From: Promethearchaeota archaeon
Lineage (GTDB): Archaea > Asgardarchaeota > Lokiarchaeia > Sigyniarchaeales > SOKP01
Direction of reading: 5' to 3'
Length of the DNA stretch: 17,806 nucleotides
Assembly: GCA_004524535.1 (NCBI GenBank)
Contig: SDNY01000073.1
Location: 1-17,806, forward strand
Both the position numbers and the translations under genes were made by a program. Positions 7,756-17,106 of the stretch are shown here, piece after piece; position 1 is the first letter of the stretch; each line of letters opens with the position of its first letter. A model generated the notes under the pieces. The model was given only the letters and a program-made list of their open reading frames with translations. It made no database searches and was not told the DNA's origin.

Positions 7756-10700
7756 ATGAAAAAGAAATCATTTTACTTCATAATAATAGTTATTAGTATT
7801 CTTGTTATTAGTACCCCTATTTACAATATTCAAGTTCAAGAAAAAGGGTTTTTCTTAAAGAAGCCGCACATCTCGGGCTCGACGGCACCTATTTTCAGTG
7901 CTTTCTCCCCGTATACTACTGCTGATAAAACTCCTGATGTTTCAATACATGTGTTGGATTCAGAAAGTGGATTGGATATTGGTTCAGAGTACTTTGCTTT
8001 TACGACGAATGGTTCTGAGCCAAAAGAGTTTTGTAATCCCCATCGAGATACTTTTGAGGATTCTTCAATCGCCAAGTTCTGGTCATATAAAAACCAGGCA
8101 AATGGTGATTTTGAGGAATCTGGAACAAATATTAGTATTACGGATATAAATGAAGATCATACATGGAGTGGTTCAACAAGAAATGCACCCTACCTCTATC
8201 AAGAGATTTCAGGAGACTTTGTTGCCCAAGTAAAGCTTTCTGCAACCTTAGATGAGGATCTAGACGTTGCAGGATTATTAATTCGAAATAAGAATGATGA
8301 TTTTATTCGTATGCAATATATTAGAGCACCTTTTTCGGGGGATAGGAACATTGCATTAAGGTACTCCGAATCGGGTACAGATCACTTAGTAACAAGATAT
8401 ACGATGGGACCACAACCAGCCGTCTGGCTGAGGATAGAACGTATAGGAGATCAATTTAATGGATGGTATTCTACTGATGGAAATAATTGGGATAATTCGG
8501 GTGGGTTTTCCCAAACACTTATATATTCTCGAACTGTTGAGGTGGGAATTTTTGTAGGAGATCAAGAAACAGCAACTTTCGATGAGTGGATGATCACACC
8601 TTGGATTACCACCACAGGAACGAGCGGAACAAATGAAAATGAAACATTAACAGTCCACTCAGTAAATTTTAATCACTATAGTGATACAGATAATAAAATA
8701 AAATTTAAAATGAGTGACTTAAATAGTAATGAAGCGACATCCAGCACTTATACTGTAAAAATAGTAGAATCTAGTGGCCCAATTAATTTTAGTGAATTCC
8801 AAATAATAAATTCAGAAGATAAAAGTCCAGATGTGCGGATCTCTATTCAAGAGGAAATAAATGGAATTGATAAGGATTCCGCTTCATATGCATATTCAAT
8901 AAATGGAGAAGATCCTAACGCATTTATGAATCCTTACTCTGATAAGTTCGATGATTCAAATTTACAGGGATTTTGGGGAAAAACAAACGAATTTAATGGA
9001 CTCCTTAATGAAGACTCAAATGGGTTGAATTTTACTGATGGGGGGATGCATACATGGAACGAGTCAATAAAAGATGCCCCTTGTATCACACAAAATATAG
9101 CTGGATCATTCCAAGTAAGCGTAAAATTAACGCCAAATGAGTTGGAACAAGAGAAGGCCGCTGGGGGAATAATTGCGATTCTAAATTCAACTGATGCTCT
9201 CAAATTAATGGTGGAGAACAAATCAAGTTCATTAAATATAACCTTTTATCATATTCACTTAAATTCGAAATTACTCATTGGGGAAATGGAATCGTCTCAA
9301 TATGATCCAATTTGGTTGAGACTCATAAGGAGTGAAGATTCATGGAAAGGTCAATATTCTACTAATGGAGATACGTATGCAAATTATATTACTATAGGAA
9401 GTAAAGAAATAACTTCATGGGCGGGTGCTCTGACAGGTCAATCAGGGTTCGATCCGATACCAAATGCCACCGCTAAAGTGGGGTTGCTCGTGGAGCATGG
9501 CGCATCAATGCTTTTTGAGGATTGGAAGCCTACTCCAGAAATAAGTATAACCGGGGTTGATGGCTCGACTGCAAAAGAGAGCATTAAAGTGGATTCTGTG
9601 CGATTTGATCAGTATTCTGAATTCAATAATAAGATAATATTTAGAGTAAATAACACAATACAAGAAGAAAGTATTAGTAAAATATATACAGTGAATATAA
9701 CCACAAGCGCTTTATTTAGAGATGATACTCTTTATTCTGATGGAAGCCATGCGTATATAATTGATAGAAATAAAAATGTGAAATGGTCTTATCCATGCGT
9801 AGCATCTGATGTGGAGATGTTGCCAAATGGGAATGTATTACTCTGCCTTTATGGTAATTTTTGGACCGCAAATGCCGAAATACGAGAAGTAAATATCACT
9901 ACTGATGAAACTGTATGGAGCATAACTGAGGTGGATGGTGCTCCTCTTAATTGGACTCATGATGTGGATTGGATCGGGAAAGATAAAAGCGGAGAAGATA
10001 TATTTTTAATCGCAGATACAATGGGTAATAGGGTTGTAGAATTTTATAGAAATGGTACTACCATATGGGCATGGTATGCTAAAGACCATTATACTTGGGG
10101 TGACCCTGTCTTAGAGCCTGGAAATGATTGGACCCATCTAAATGACGCTGATCGCCTTCCTGATGGCTCCACGATGATTAGTCTTCGAAATTTTGATAAA
10201 ATTATTATAGTTAATTCCACTGAAACAGAAGAACTCCTATGGGAATACGGAACATATGGAGAGCATACGTATATTAATCACCCGCATAATCCCGAGTATA
10301 CTCCAAGAGGGACTATTCTAATTGCAGATTCTGAGAATCATAGAATCATTGAACTCAATAAAACCACAAAAGAAATTATATGGGAATATAGCCCAACGGG
10401 AGAGGAATATTTAGGATGGCCTCGAGATGCGGATCTCTTACCGAATGGAAATATGCTGATTTCTGATTCTGCATCAAATGGGGGGAAAAATCGAATTTGG
10501 GAAATCAACGCTACTACTAAAGAAGTTTTGTGGTATCAAGATACCTCGGGTGCTAATTATGATGCGGATCGTTTAGATACGGTTTTACCTAAGATAAATA
10601 TTTTAAATCCTAAAAATAAAACCTATGGTTCAACTCTCGAAATTCCCATTACGATTGAATGTGTGGATCCTTGGGTTGACGAAGTGTTTTATCGAATTTA

Positions 10701-13620
10701 TGATGAGACAGATAATAAATGGGTTTCTGCTAATAATATTACTTACACAGGGCCAACTAAAATCTTTCTTGAGAATGAGAAACGATACACTCTTCATGCG
10801 TGGGGGAAGGATCTCGTAATGGAAGGGGGTGCGTATCCTACAGATAGAGCGATTGCCCAACTTGAAGGGAATTCAATCCAATTTACTGTGAATCTAAGCT
10901 CAGAATATAGTACTTCAAAACCATATCCTGGAGATACATTATATTCTACACACGGTTTGCATATAGTCGATCCTAGTGGTATTGAAATCTGGGACCATAG
11001 TTTTGGTGATTGGTTCCAAACATGTGATGCTGAGATTTTACCGAATGGCAATTATTTATATTGCTACGGCCAAATATTAGGTCAAAAAAGTTATGTCTTT
11101 GAAATGACTCCGGATCGAGAAATTGTTTGGAATTATACAATATATGAAACGGAATGGCAGCTGATACATGATGCTGATAAATTACCGAATGGGAATGTAC
11201 TAATCGCGGATACAAGTCAAGATCGAATAATTGAAGTAGATGTTGATCATAATATTGTATGGGAGTGGAATTGTGCCGATCATCTTCCATATGAAGGATC
11301 TATTCCCTATGATTGGACTCATCTTAATGATGCTGATCGATTACCAAATGGAAACACATTAATAACGTTACGTAATTTTGACACTGTTGTTGAAGTGAAT
11401 CCTGCGGGTGAGATTGTATGGGCATATGGCCCTTTAATTTATGATATCTCTGAAGACCCTAATAATCATACAATATTATGGGGGCCTCATAATTCTGATC
11501 GATTATCAAATGGTAATACTATGATCGCTGATTCTAGAAATCATAGAATCATTGAAGTGAATCCTGCGGGTGAGATTGTATGGGAACTTAACACATCACA
11601 TATTGATTTACTCTGGCCACGTGATTGTGATAAGCTGCCGAATGGAAATATATTGATTACAGACTCTTATAATCATAGAATAATAGAGGTTAATTCTACA
11701 TATGACATTGTGTGGGAATGTAATACTACACGTGATTTGCCTTATGAAGCGGACAGAATAGACATTTCTGCGCCTATCTTAAATATTCATTCACCAGTCC
11801 AAAATAATACTTATTCTGATAGTGTTATGGTAAATATTTCTTGTGCAGATTTAGATTTAGACACTATTTGGTATGCAATATGGGATAATGTGTCTTCAGA
11901 GTGGGTCGACTTAACCTCTCAAGGAGGTTATGAAAAATTTCAGATTTATGAGGATCCTCCCGAGAGTTGGGATCTTAATGATGGTGTATACACCCTATTT
12001 GTATGGGCAAATGATTCAGGATATCCTATGCTTGGTTGTGATCAGCATATTAATATCAGAGAGGGACAAATTAATTTTATTATAGGTTATGGACTTTATA
12101 TAATTAATCCAAAACCATACCAAATTTTTGGAAACTCAACTTTTGAATTTAAAGTAGTAGTGTCCATTGAAGGCACCCTAAATGCAACATGGTATTCATT
12201 AGGTGTGGGACAAAAGAATATAACCTTTGAAGGAACATCTGATAAAATAAATCAAACAGAATGGGATAAATTTGGAAATGGAACTGTGTTCATTACGTTT
12301 TACGCAAATGATACTTTAGGTAATGTTATAATAAAAGAAATATTCGTACGAAAGGATATTATTCCTCCCAAATTATTCATTAATTCTCCTAAGAATGCTA
12401 GTATATGGAATTCACCGCCACTAATCAATATAACAGCTTTAGATCCTAATTTTGATTCTGTTTGGTATGAAGTAAATGGAGTTACTATAAGCTTGACTAA
12501 TAATATTGCAGAACCTTTAAATATATCCGTTTGGAATGGTTTATCGGAAGGATCATTTCAAATCAGGTTTTTCTCTAATGATTCCTTGGAAAATCTTAAT
12601 GATACATGTATCTGGACACTTATAAAAGATACAGAAGCACCGTCATTAAAAGTAAATACTCCTACAAATGCTAGTACATTTAATTTACCGCCACTAATCA
12701 ATATAACAGCTTTTGATCCTAATTTTGATTCTGTTTGGTATGAAGTACTTGGAGTTACCATAAGCTTGACTAATAATATTGCAGAACCTTTTAATATATC
12801 TATATGGAATAGTTTAGAGGACGGATTATTTCAAATCAGGTTTTTCTCTAATGATTCTTCGGGAAATATTAATGATACATGTATCTGGACACTTATAAAG
12901 GATACAGAAGCACCGTCATTAAAAGTAAATAGTCCTACAAATGCTAGTATATTTAATTTACCGCCACTAATCAATATAACAGCTTTTGATCCTAATTTTG
13001 ATTCTGTTTGGTATGAAGTAGATGGAGTTAAAATAATATTGACTAATAATATTGCAGAACCTTTTAATATATCCATATGGAATAGTTTAGAGAACGGATC
13101 ATTTCAAATCAAGTTTTTCTCTAATGATTCCTTGGGAAATATCAATGATACGTGTATCTGGACACTTATAAAGGATACTAAAGCACCGTCAATAATAGTA
13201 AATGAACCACTGGCGGAGATATCTTATAATAATCCTCCAATCATTAACCTAACAATATCAGATCCTCATCTTGATACTATTTGGTATACATTTGATAATG
13301 GAACAACTATATTCTATTGTGAGGACATAGATCAGATTGATGAGGATGTATGGAACGCCTTATCGAAGGGTAAATTACGCTTGCGATTCTATGCAAACGA
13401 TACAGCGGATAATGAAGCATATGAAGAAGTTATTATATACAAGGTAATCAATGATAAATTTATTCCTAGTAGTGGCGATGATAGTGATGATAAGAAAAGT
13501 GATAAGAGCAAAGATACTATTCAAGCTCCAGTTATATTATTAATTATTGTTTCTGCTTGTACAGTTGTTGTGGTCACTGGATTAACAATTTATTTAATAA
13601 AAAAGAAAAGATTAGTATAA
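7756..13620 (+). CDS. Larger paralog (1954 aa): two ConA/DUF1349-like modules, two ASST-like propellers, expanded Ig-like stalk, C-terminal TM anchor
   Basis: Same motifs and architecture as 3341..7501, plus one extra ~290-aa N-terminal module and three extra 91-aa repeats. Confidence 0.85.
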   Translation: MKKKSFYFIIIVISILVISTPIYNIQVQEKGFFLKKPHISGSTAPIFSAFSPYTTADKTPDVSIHVLDSESGLDIGSEYFAFTTNGSEPKEFCNPHRDTFEDSSIAKFWSYKNQANGDFEESGTNISITDINEDHTWSGSTRNAPYLYQEISGDFVAQVKLSATLDEDLDVAGLLIRNKNDDFIRMQYIRAPFSGDRNIALRYSESGTDHLVTRYTMGPQPAVWLRIERIGDQFNGWYSTDGNNWDNSGGFSQTLIYSRTVEVGIFVGDQETATFDEWMITPWITTTGTSGTNENETLTVHSVNFNHYSDTDNKIKFKMSDLNSNEATSSTYTVKIVESSGPINFSEFQIINSEDKSPDVRISIQEEINGIDKDSASYAYSINGEDPNAFMNPYSDKFDDSNLQGFWGKTNEFNGLLNEDSNGLNFTDGGMHTWNESIKDAPCITQNIAGSFQVSVKLTPNELEQEKAAGGIIAILNSTDALKLMVENKSSSLNITFYHIHLNSKLLIGEMESSQYDPIWLRLIRSEDSWKGQYSTNGDTYANYITIGSKEITSWAGALTGQSGFDPIPNATAKVGLLVEHGASMLFEDWKPTPEISITGVDGSTAKESIKVDSVRFDQYSEFNNKIIFRVNNTIQEESISKIYTVNITTSALFRDDTLYSDGSHAYIIDRNKNVKWSYPCVASDVEMLPNGNVLLCLYGNFWTANAEIREVNITTDETVWSITEVDGAPLNWTHDVDWIGKDKSGEDIFLIADTMGNRVVEFYRNGTTIWAWYAKDHYTWGDPVLEPGNDWTHLNDADRLPDGSTMISLRNFDKIIIVNSTETEELLWEYGTYGEHTYINHPHNPEYTPRGTILIADSENHRIIELNKTTKEIIWEYSPTGEEYLGWPRDADLLPNGNMLISDSASNGGKNRIWEINATTKEVLWYQDTSGANYDADRLDTVLPKINILNPKNKTYGSTLEIPITIECVDPWVDEVFYRIYDETDNKWVSANNITYTGPTKIFLENEKRYTLHAWGKDLVMEGGAYPTDRAIAQLEGNSIQFTVNLSSEYSTSKPYPGDTLYSTHGLHIVDPSGIEIWDHSFGDWFQTCDAEILPNGNYLYCYGQILGQKSYVFEMTPDREIVWNYTIYETEWQLIHDADKLPNGNVLIADTSQDRIIEVDVDHNIVWEWNCADHLPYEGSIPYDWTHLNDADRLPNGNTLITLRNFDTVVEVNPAGEIVWAYGPLIYDISEDPNNHTILWGPHNSDRLSNGNTMIADSRNHRIIEVNPAGEIVWELNTSHIDLLWPRDCDKLPNGNILITDSYNHRIIEVNSTYDIVWECNTTRDLPYEADRIDISAPILNIHSPVQNNTYSDSVMVNISCADLDLDTIWYAIWDNVSSEWVDLTSQGGYEKFQIYEDPPESWDLNDGVYTLFVWANDSGYPMLGCDQHINIREGQINFIIGYGLYIINPKPYQIFGNSTFEFKVVVSIEGTLNATWYSLGVGQKNITFEGTSDKINQTEWDKFGNGTVFITFYANDTLGNVIIKEIFVRKDIIPPKLFINSPKNASIWNSPPLINITALDPNFDSVWYEVNGVTISLTNNIAEPLNISVWNGLSEGSFQIRFFSNDSLENLNDTCIWTLIKDTEAPSLKVNTPTNASTFNLPPLINITAFDPNFDSVWYEVLGVTISLTNNIAEPFNISIWNSLEDGLFQIRFFSNDSSGNINDTCIWTLIKDTEAPSLKVNSPTNASIFNLPPLINITAFDPNFDSVWYEVDGVKIILTNNIAEPFNISIWNSLENGSFQIKFFSNDSLGNINDTCIWTLIKDTKAPSIIVNEPLAEISYNNPPIINLTISDPHLDTIWYTFDNGTTIFYCEDIDQIDEDVWNALSKGKLRLRFYANDTADNEAYEEVIIYKVINDKFIPSSGDDSDDKKSDKSKDTIQAPVILLIIVSACTVVVVTGLTIYLIKKKRLV
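12355..13446 (+). repeat. Intragenic tandem repeat, 273-bp (91-aa Ig-like) units: three near-identical plus one diverged
   Basis: Units start at 12355, 12628, 12901 and 13174 (exact 273-bp spacing). The first three share PPLINITA.DPNFDSVWYEV.GV...LTNNIAEP.NIS.WN; the fourth is a diverged version. Confidence 0.93.
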
Positions 13621-13646
13621 TTCATATCCAATCACTATAAGGCATC

Positions 13647-13669
13647 CAGTGGTATACTTTATACCATTG
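13647..13669 (+). terminator. Hairpin downstream of paralog B, followed by T-rich tract
   Basis: cagTGGTATA-ctt-TATACCAttg, followed by TTTATCTTTTATTCTTTTTT. Confidence 0.4.
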
Positions 13670-13708
13670 ATGTAAGGTTTATCTTTTATTCTTTTTTATA
13701 ATAATTAT

Positions 13709-14881
13709 ATGACTAAAGGAATAATTCTATCTGGAGGCTGGGGCACTCGCCTAAGACCCCTCACGTGTACAATACCTAAAACTTTAATGCCAGTTGTCAA
13801 TAAACCGGTTATTGAACGCCAGATGCAACATTTAAAGAAAGCAGGAGTTAAAGAGATTGTACTGGCAGTAAGCGTAATGGCAAATGATTTAAAAAACTAT
13901 TTTCAAGATGGCGAGAGATTAGGCATTAAAATTCATTATACAAATGAGAAAGATCCTATGGGAACAGCCGGAGCGATAAAATTAGCAGAATCATTCCTTA
14001 AAGACGAAAATTTCTTTATGTTAAATGGGGATGTAATTTTAAACTTTGATTTTAAAGAAATGCTTAAAAAACATGAAAATTATGGTGGGATAGGAACAAT
14101 CGCAAGTAAAGTTGTAAATGATCCTTCAAGATACGGTGTTTTAATAGACGATAAAAATTCTAATCAAATACTCAAATTTTTAGAAAAATCTGAATATCAA
14201 CCTCCTGAAGGAAAACAAGTACCGATGCCTATAAATGCTGGTATATATATTTTAGAACCTAGCATCTTTTCTTATATTGAACCTAATAAAAAAATTTCAA
14301 TTGAAAGGGATATTTTTCCGAACTTTGCGAAGGAGAGAAAATTGTATCATTATCCAATAGAAGGCGTTTGGAAGGATATTGGCAAACCTGAAGAATTATT
14401 GGAGGGTAATATTCTTTTAATGAATGATATCTTGAAAAATCTTAAAGAAAAAAGAGAAAATTTAATAGATAACAATGTTAAATTAGATAAAAGCGTCCTA
14501 ATATATCCACCTGTCTCCATTGGCGAAAATGTTGTAATAGAAAAAAATTGCATCATTGGTCCTAATGTTATAATCGGAAACAATGTTAAAATAGATGAAA
14601 ATACGGAAATTAAAGAATCATTAATATATAGCGATAACTATATCTCAAAAAATGTAAAAATCGAAAGGTCAATCGTCTCCGATAATTGTAATATTGACAA
14701 TGGAGCTGTATTAGAAGGAAACGAAAATGGTTTGGTCATTTTAGCTTCATTTGTTCAAGTTTTAGAAAATGTCAGAATTATTAGCAATACAAATAATTCG
14801 ATTTCAGTGTGTCATCATGAGGTAATAAAAGAAAATAGAATATCATCTGATTATTTTACCTCTGAATCTGTCGGTGATTAA
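13709..14881 (+). CDS. Sugar-phosphate nucleotidyltransferase, mannose-1-phosphate guanylyltransferase (GMPP)-like, with C-terminal left-handed beta-helix
   Basis: ILSGGWGTRLRPLT...PK signature, E..PMGTAGA, LNGDV, FLEK, INAGIYIL, SIERDIFP, WKDIGKP and hexapeptide repeats (IGENVVIEKNCIIGPNVIIG). Confidence 0.9.
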   Translation: MTKGIILSGGWGTRLRPLTCTIPKTLMPVVNKPVIERQMQHLKKAGVKEIVLAVSVMANDLKNYFQDGERLGIKIHYTNEKDPMGTAGAIKLAESFLKDENFFMLNGDVILNFDFKEMLKKHENYGGIGTIASKVVNDPSRYGVLIDDKNSNQILKFLEKSEYQPPEGKQVPMPINAGIYILEPSIFSYIEPNKKISIERDIFPNFAKERKLYHYPIEGVWKDIGKPEELLEGNILLMNDILKNLKEKRENLIDNNVKLDKSVLIYPPVSIGENVVIEKNCIIGPNVIIGNNVKIDENTEIKESLIYSDNYISKNVKIERSIVSDNCNIDNGAVLEGNENGLVILASFVQVLENVRIISNTNNSISVCHHEVIKENRISSDYFTSESVGD

Positions 14882-15451
14882 TTCTAAATATGATTTTGTT
14901 ATTGATTGGTCCTTTTTAATATCAAACAAATTTAAAAACTCAAATAGAATATTTTTAAATTCTTCTAATCTATCATTTGATTCAGACATAATTTCAACTT
15001 CAATAAAGTATTCTTTTAAAATGGGAATAAAATCAATTAAGGCTTCAATAATATACCCTTTAAAATTGAATTCGTATAGATCGCGTTCTTTTTTAACTGT
15101 AAAAATTTCTCGAAATCCCAATGCGCTAAAAATTTCCTTAACTGAATCTCCATTTTCTAATTTTGTCTCTACCTCATTACGAGTTTTGGTTGTCTTATCA
15201 AGCTTTTTTCCCTTATAAGTTATAAAATAGTTAATATTTTGTGTAGAACTATCAATATTTTTATTATATTCAATGGATTTTCGAATTCTTAAGGCCTCAT
15301 CAGTTTTTTTAAAATCTCTTAACCCTTCTGGCATATTAAAATAAGTATCTTCGTGAATAAATGAGATTTTATATCCTCCCTCTTGGTTTTTAAACTTTTT
15401 TACAAGCTCTTCAGGATCTAAAACTTTAGCCTTTATTTCTATCTCAATCAT
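14843..15451 (-). CDS. cyaB: CYTH-family protein (class IV adenylate cyclase-like / triphosphate tunnel metalloenzyme)
   Basis: N-terminal ExExK (EIEIK), HEDTYF, ALRIR, TYKG, R.EVE, VKKER, FIEVE and C-terminal SYLEL. Confidence 0.9.
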   Translation of the reverse strand: MIEIEIKAKVLDPEELVKKFKNQEGGYKISFIHEDTYFNMPEGLRDFKKTDEALRIRKSIEYNKNIDSSTQNINYFITYKGKKLDKTTKTRNEVETKLENGDSVKEIFSALGFREIFTVKKERDLYEFNFKGYIIEALIDFIPILKEYFIEVEIMSESNDRLEEFKNILFEFLNLFDIKKDQSITKSYLELITDRFRGKIIR

Positions 15452-15497
15452 ATAATCACTTTTTTTTCTCTAACAATTGTAATTAACGATTTTTTAA

Positions 15498-15790
15498 TAA
15501 TTATAAACTAATATTAACCTTCGAATTATTTATAAAAACTTATAAAATTCTATAAAAAATTAGTAATTTCTATAAAATTCCAAAATTTATAATAATTTTC
15601 AATCTTTCCTTGAGAAGAAAGACCAACCTTAAGGTTATCGGGCTGTTCGCTCGTTCCCGAGTTCAAGACATACTTCATTCGTAATACTTTTCGTATCACT
15701 TCGGAAGTCTTGAAGGATGTTATCCCGCTATGCTTGAAGAAATCGTGAATTTGAGACCATTCATAGTAGGGACTACCCTTTTTCAAACGA
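15498..15790 (-). ncRNA. Putative TnpB omega/reRNA overlapping the tnpB 3' end, with guide from the flank (limits approximate)
   Basis: Locally GC-richer stretch with clustered inverted repeats (15603-22, 15625-36, 15638-60, 15662-15714). TnpB guide RNAs are known to derive from the element's right end. Confidence 0.45.
15521..15580. repeat. Element end downstream of tnpB: 10-bp periodic repeats
   Basis: TATAAAAACT TATAAAATTC TATAAAAAAT TAGTAATTTC TATAAAATTC (15531..15580). Confidence 0.8.
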
Positions 15791-17106
15791 GGCTCTATTA
15801 TCTCCCCGACTTGTGAGAGCACCCACTTATAAATGGCAGGAAGGTTTTCCTTAAATCCTAAACCTCTTCGAGCAATCACATAACTTGCTAATACATGAGT
15901 AGATAAGTTATATGAGCGTGAGTATTTATATTTGCCAATTAAAGAAGTATAATGAGGGTGAACTTTTCTAAGTGCTATACCGCTTTTTAAGCATTTGCGT
16001 TCTAATAAGTCTAATGCGGTAATTTTAAAATTATTTAACTTTCTATTACGTTTTTTATTATAAGAAAATTCTTGATCAAATGAAAGATCTTCAATAACTA
16101 ATCCTTTGTTCTTGTTGATACAATAATTAATAACTTTATCCATTTTATAGCTAATATAGTTTTTCCTGCTATTCTTTCTTTTAGTATGTAAATTTCCAAA
16201 CGAGATTTGATGATAACTCTTGAAATTCCCATTCTTATCAATATGGGAGAGTGAAACAAAATTATAATTAAAATCAAGTCCAATTGCTCCGTCTTTAAAA
16301 TTATATCTTACTTCAGCTTCGGGAATATCATAAGAGATATGGGCAAAATGGCGTAATTCTCCTTTTATCATCTTTCTTTTAATTGTTCCCATATATTTCT
16401 CAGCAGTAAGAATTTCCCTATACCATTTTTCTTGTGAAATATTGACGGTAAATGGGACATATAGGTATTTTTTATCTTTCTCTTTATGAAATGTCTTGAT
16501 TCTAACGGTTTGATTAGGAAACACTTTAATATTAAGGTTTACCACACCGTATTGTTTTTTACCTTCACAGCTAAATGAAGCATCTCGGTGTATTTTAAAC
16601 TCTTCCCTACTTATGTTACCTTTACTTCTTTCTCTAAACCATCGTCTCGTTCCAAATACGACAGGCTTGAGTTGTAAATTGTTAAGTTTATTCTGAATAG
16701 ATGATAATCGAGTGTAAAGCCCTCTTAGTCGTCTATCTCTTTTATTTGTAGATTTTATAAAGTCAATTTTATTCTTGATCTCTGCAACTTGATTCTTCAT
16801 GTACTTTTTTCGTTTTTTAAGCCATGTTTTCTGCTGTTTCAATCTTGTTTGATTATCTCTCTCAATTGTATTAACATAAGGATTGTTTTTACAAATTTCC
16901 ATTAAGTTCGCATGAATTTTGCTGTTTAATTCATCCTTCGCAATCTTATTTTTAGAAAAAAAAACCTCCCTCTCTTCGAATAGCATTTTATATCCAATTC
17001 TTCTTACTCGATTATTGATTGTGAAGATTTCATGCAGTTGTCTTTTCTGTGAGGCTGTCGGATGCAACCGAAAGATTAGCGTCTGTTTTAATTCTTTTTC
17101 TTTCAA
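15550..17106 (-). CDS. tnpB: TnpB-related RNA-guided nuclease (RuvC), zinc-finger-less subtype
   Basis: N-terminal FRLHPT..QK, RuvC-I AIGLDFN, RuvC-II LVIEDLSF, then VHPHYTSLIGKYKY...STHVLASYVIARRGLGFKE. The true start is probably TTG at 17106, after SD AGGTGA, rather than 17148. Confidence 0.85.
   Translation of the reverse strand: MKEKELKQTLIFRLHPTASQKRQLHEIFTINNRVRRIGYKMLFEEREVFFSKNKIAKDELNSKIHANLMEICKNNPYVNTIERDNQTRLKQQKTWLKKRKKYMKNQVAEIKNKIDFIKSTNKRDRRLRGLYTRLSSIQNKLNNLQLKPVVFGTRRWFRERSKGNISREEFKIHRDASFSCEGKKQYGVVNLNIKVFPNQTVRIKTFHKEKDKKYLYVPFTVNISQEKWYREILTAEKYMGTIKRKMIKGELRHFAHISYDIPEAEVRYNFKDGAIGLDFNYNFVSLSHIDKNGNFKSYHQISFGNLHTKRKNSRKNYISYKMDKVINYCINKNKGLVIEDLSFDQEFSYNKKRNRKLNNFKITALDLLERKCLKSGIALRKVHPHYTSLIGKYKYSRSYNLSTHVLASYVIARRGLGFKENLPAIYKWVLSQVGEIIEPRLKKGSPYYEWSQIHDFFKHSGITSFKTSEVIRKVLRMKYVLNSGTSEQPDNLKVGLSSQGKIENYYKFWNFIEITNFL

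Larger units (their letters stand above)
7546..13677 (+). repeat. Copy B of the tandem segmental duplication
   Basis: Aligns with 3116..7545 except for an extra N-terminal module (~7900..8775) and extra 273-bp repeats. Confidence 0.9.

Noticed and set aside
5640-11320. Diversity-generating retroelement as the cause of the variable region
   Set aside because: No reverse transcriptase or template repeat in the window, and the differences include indels and are not adenine-specific.
3649-13076. Short antisense or alternate-frame ORFs inside the two giant genes, some recurring (3649/8934; 7000/12558/12831)
   Set aside because: Shadow ORFs whose recurrence simply mirrors the duplicated sense-strand sequence.
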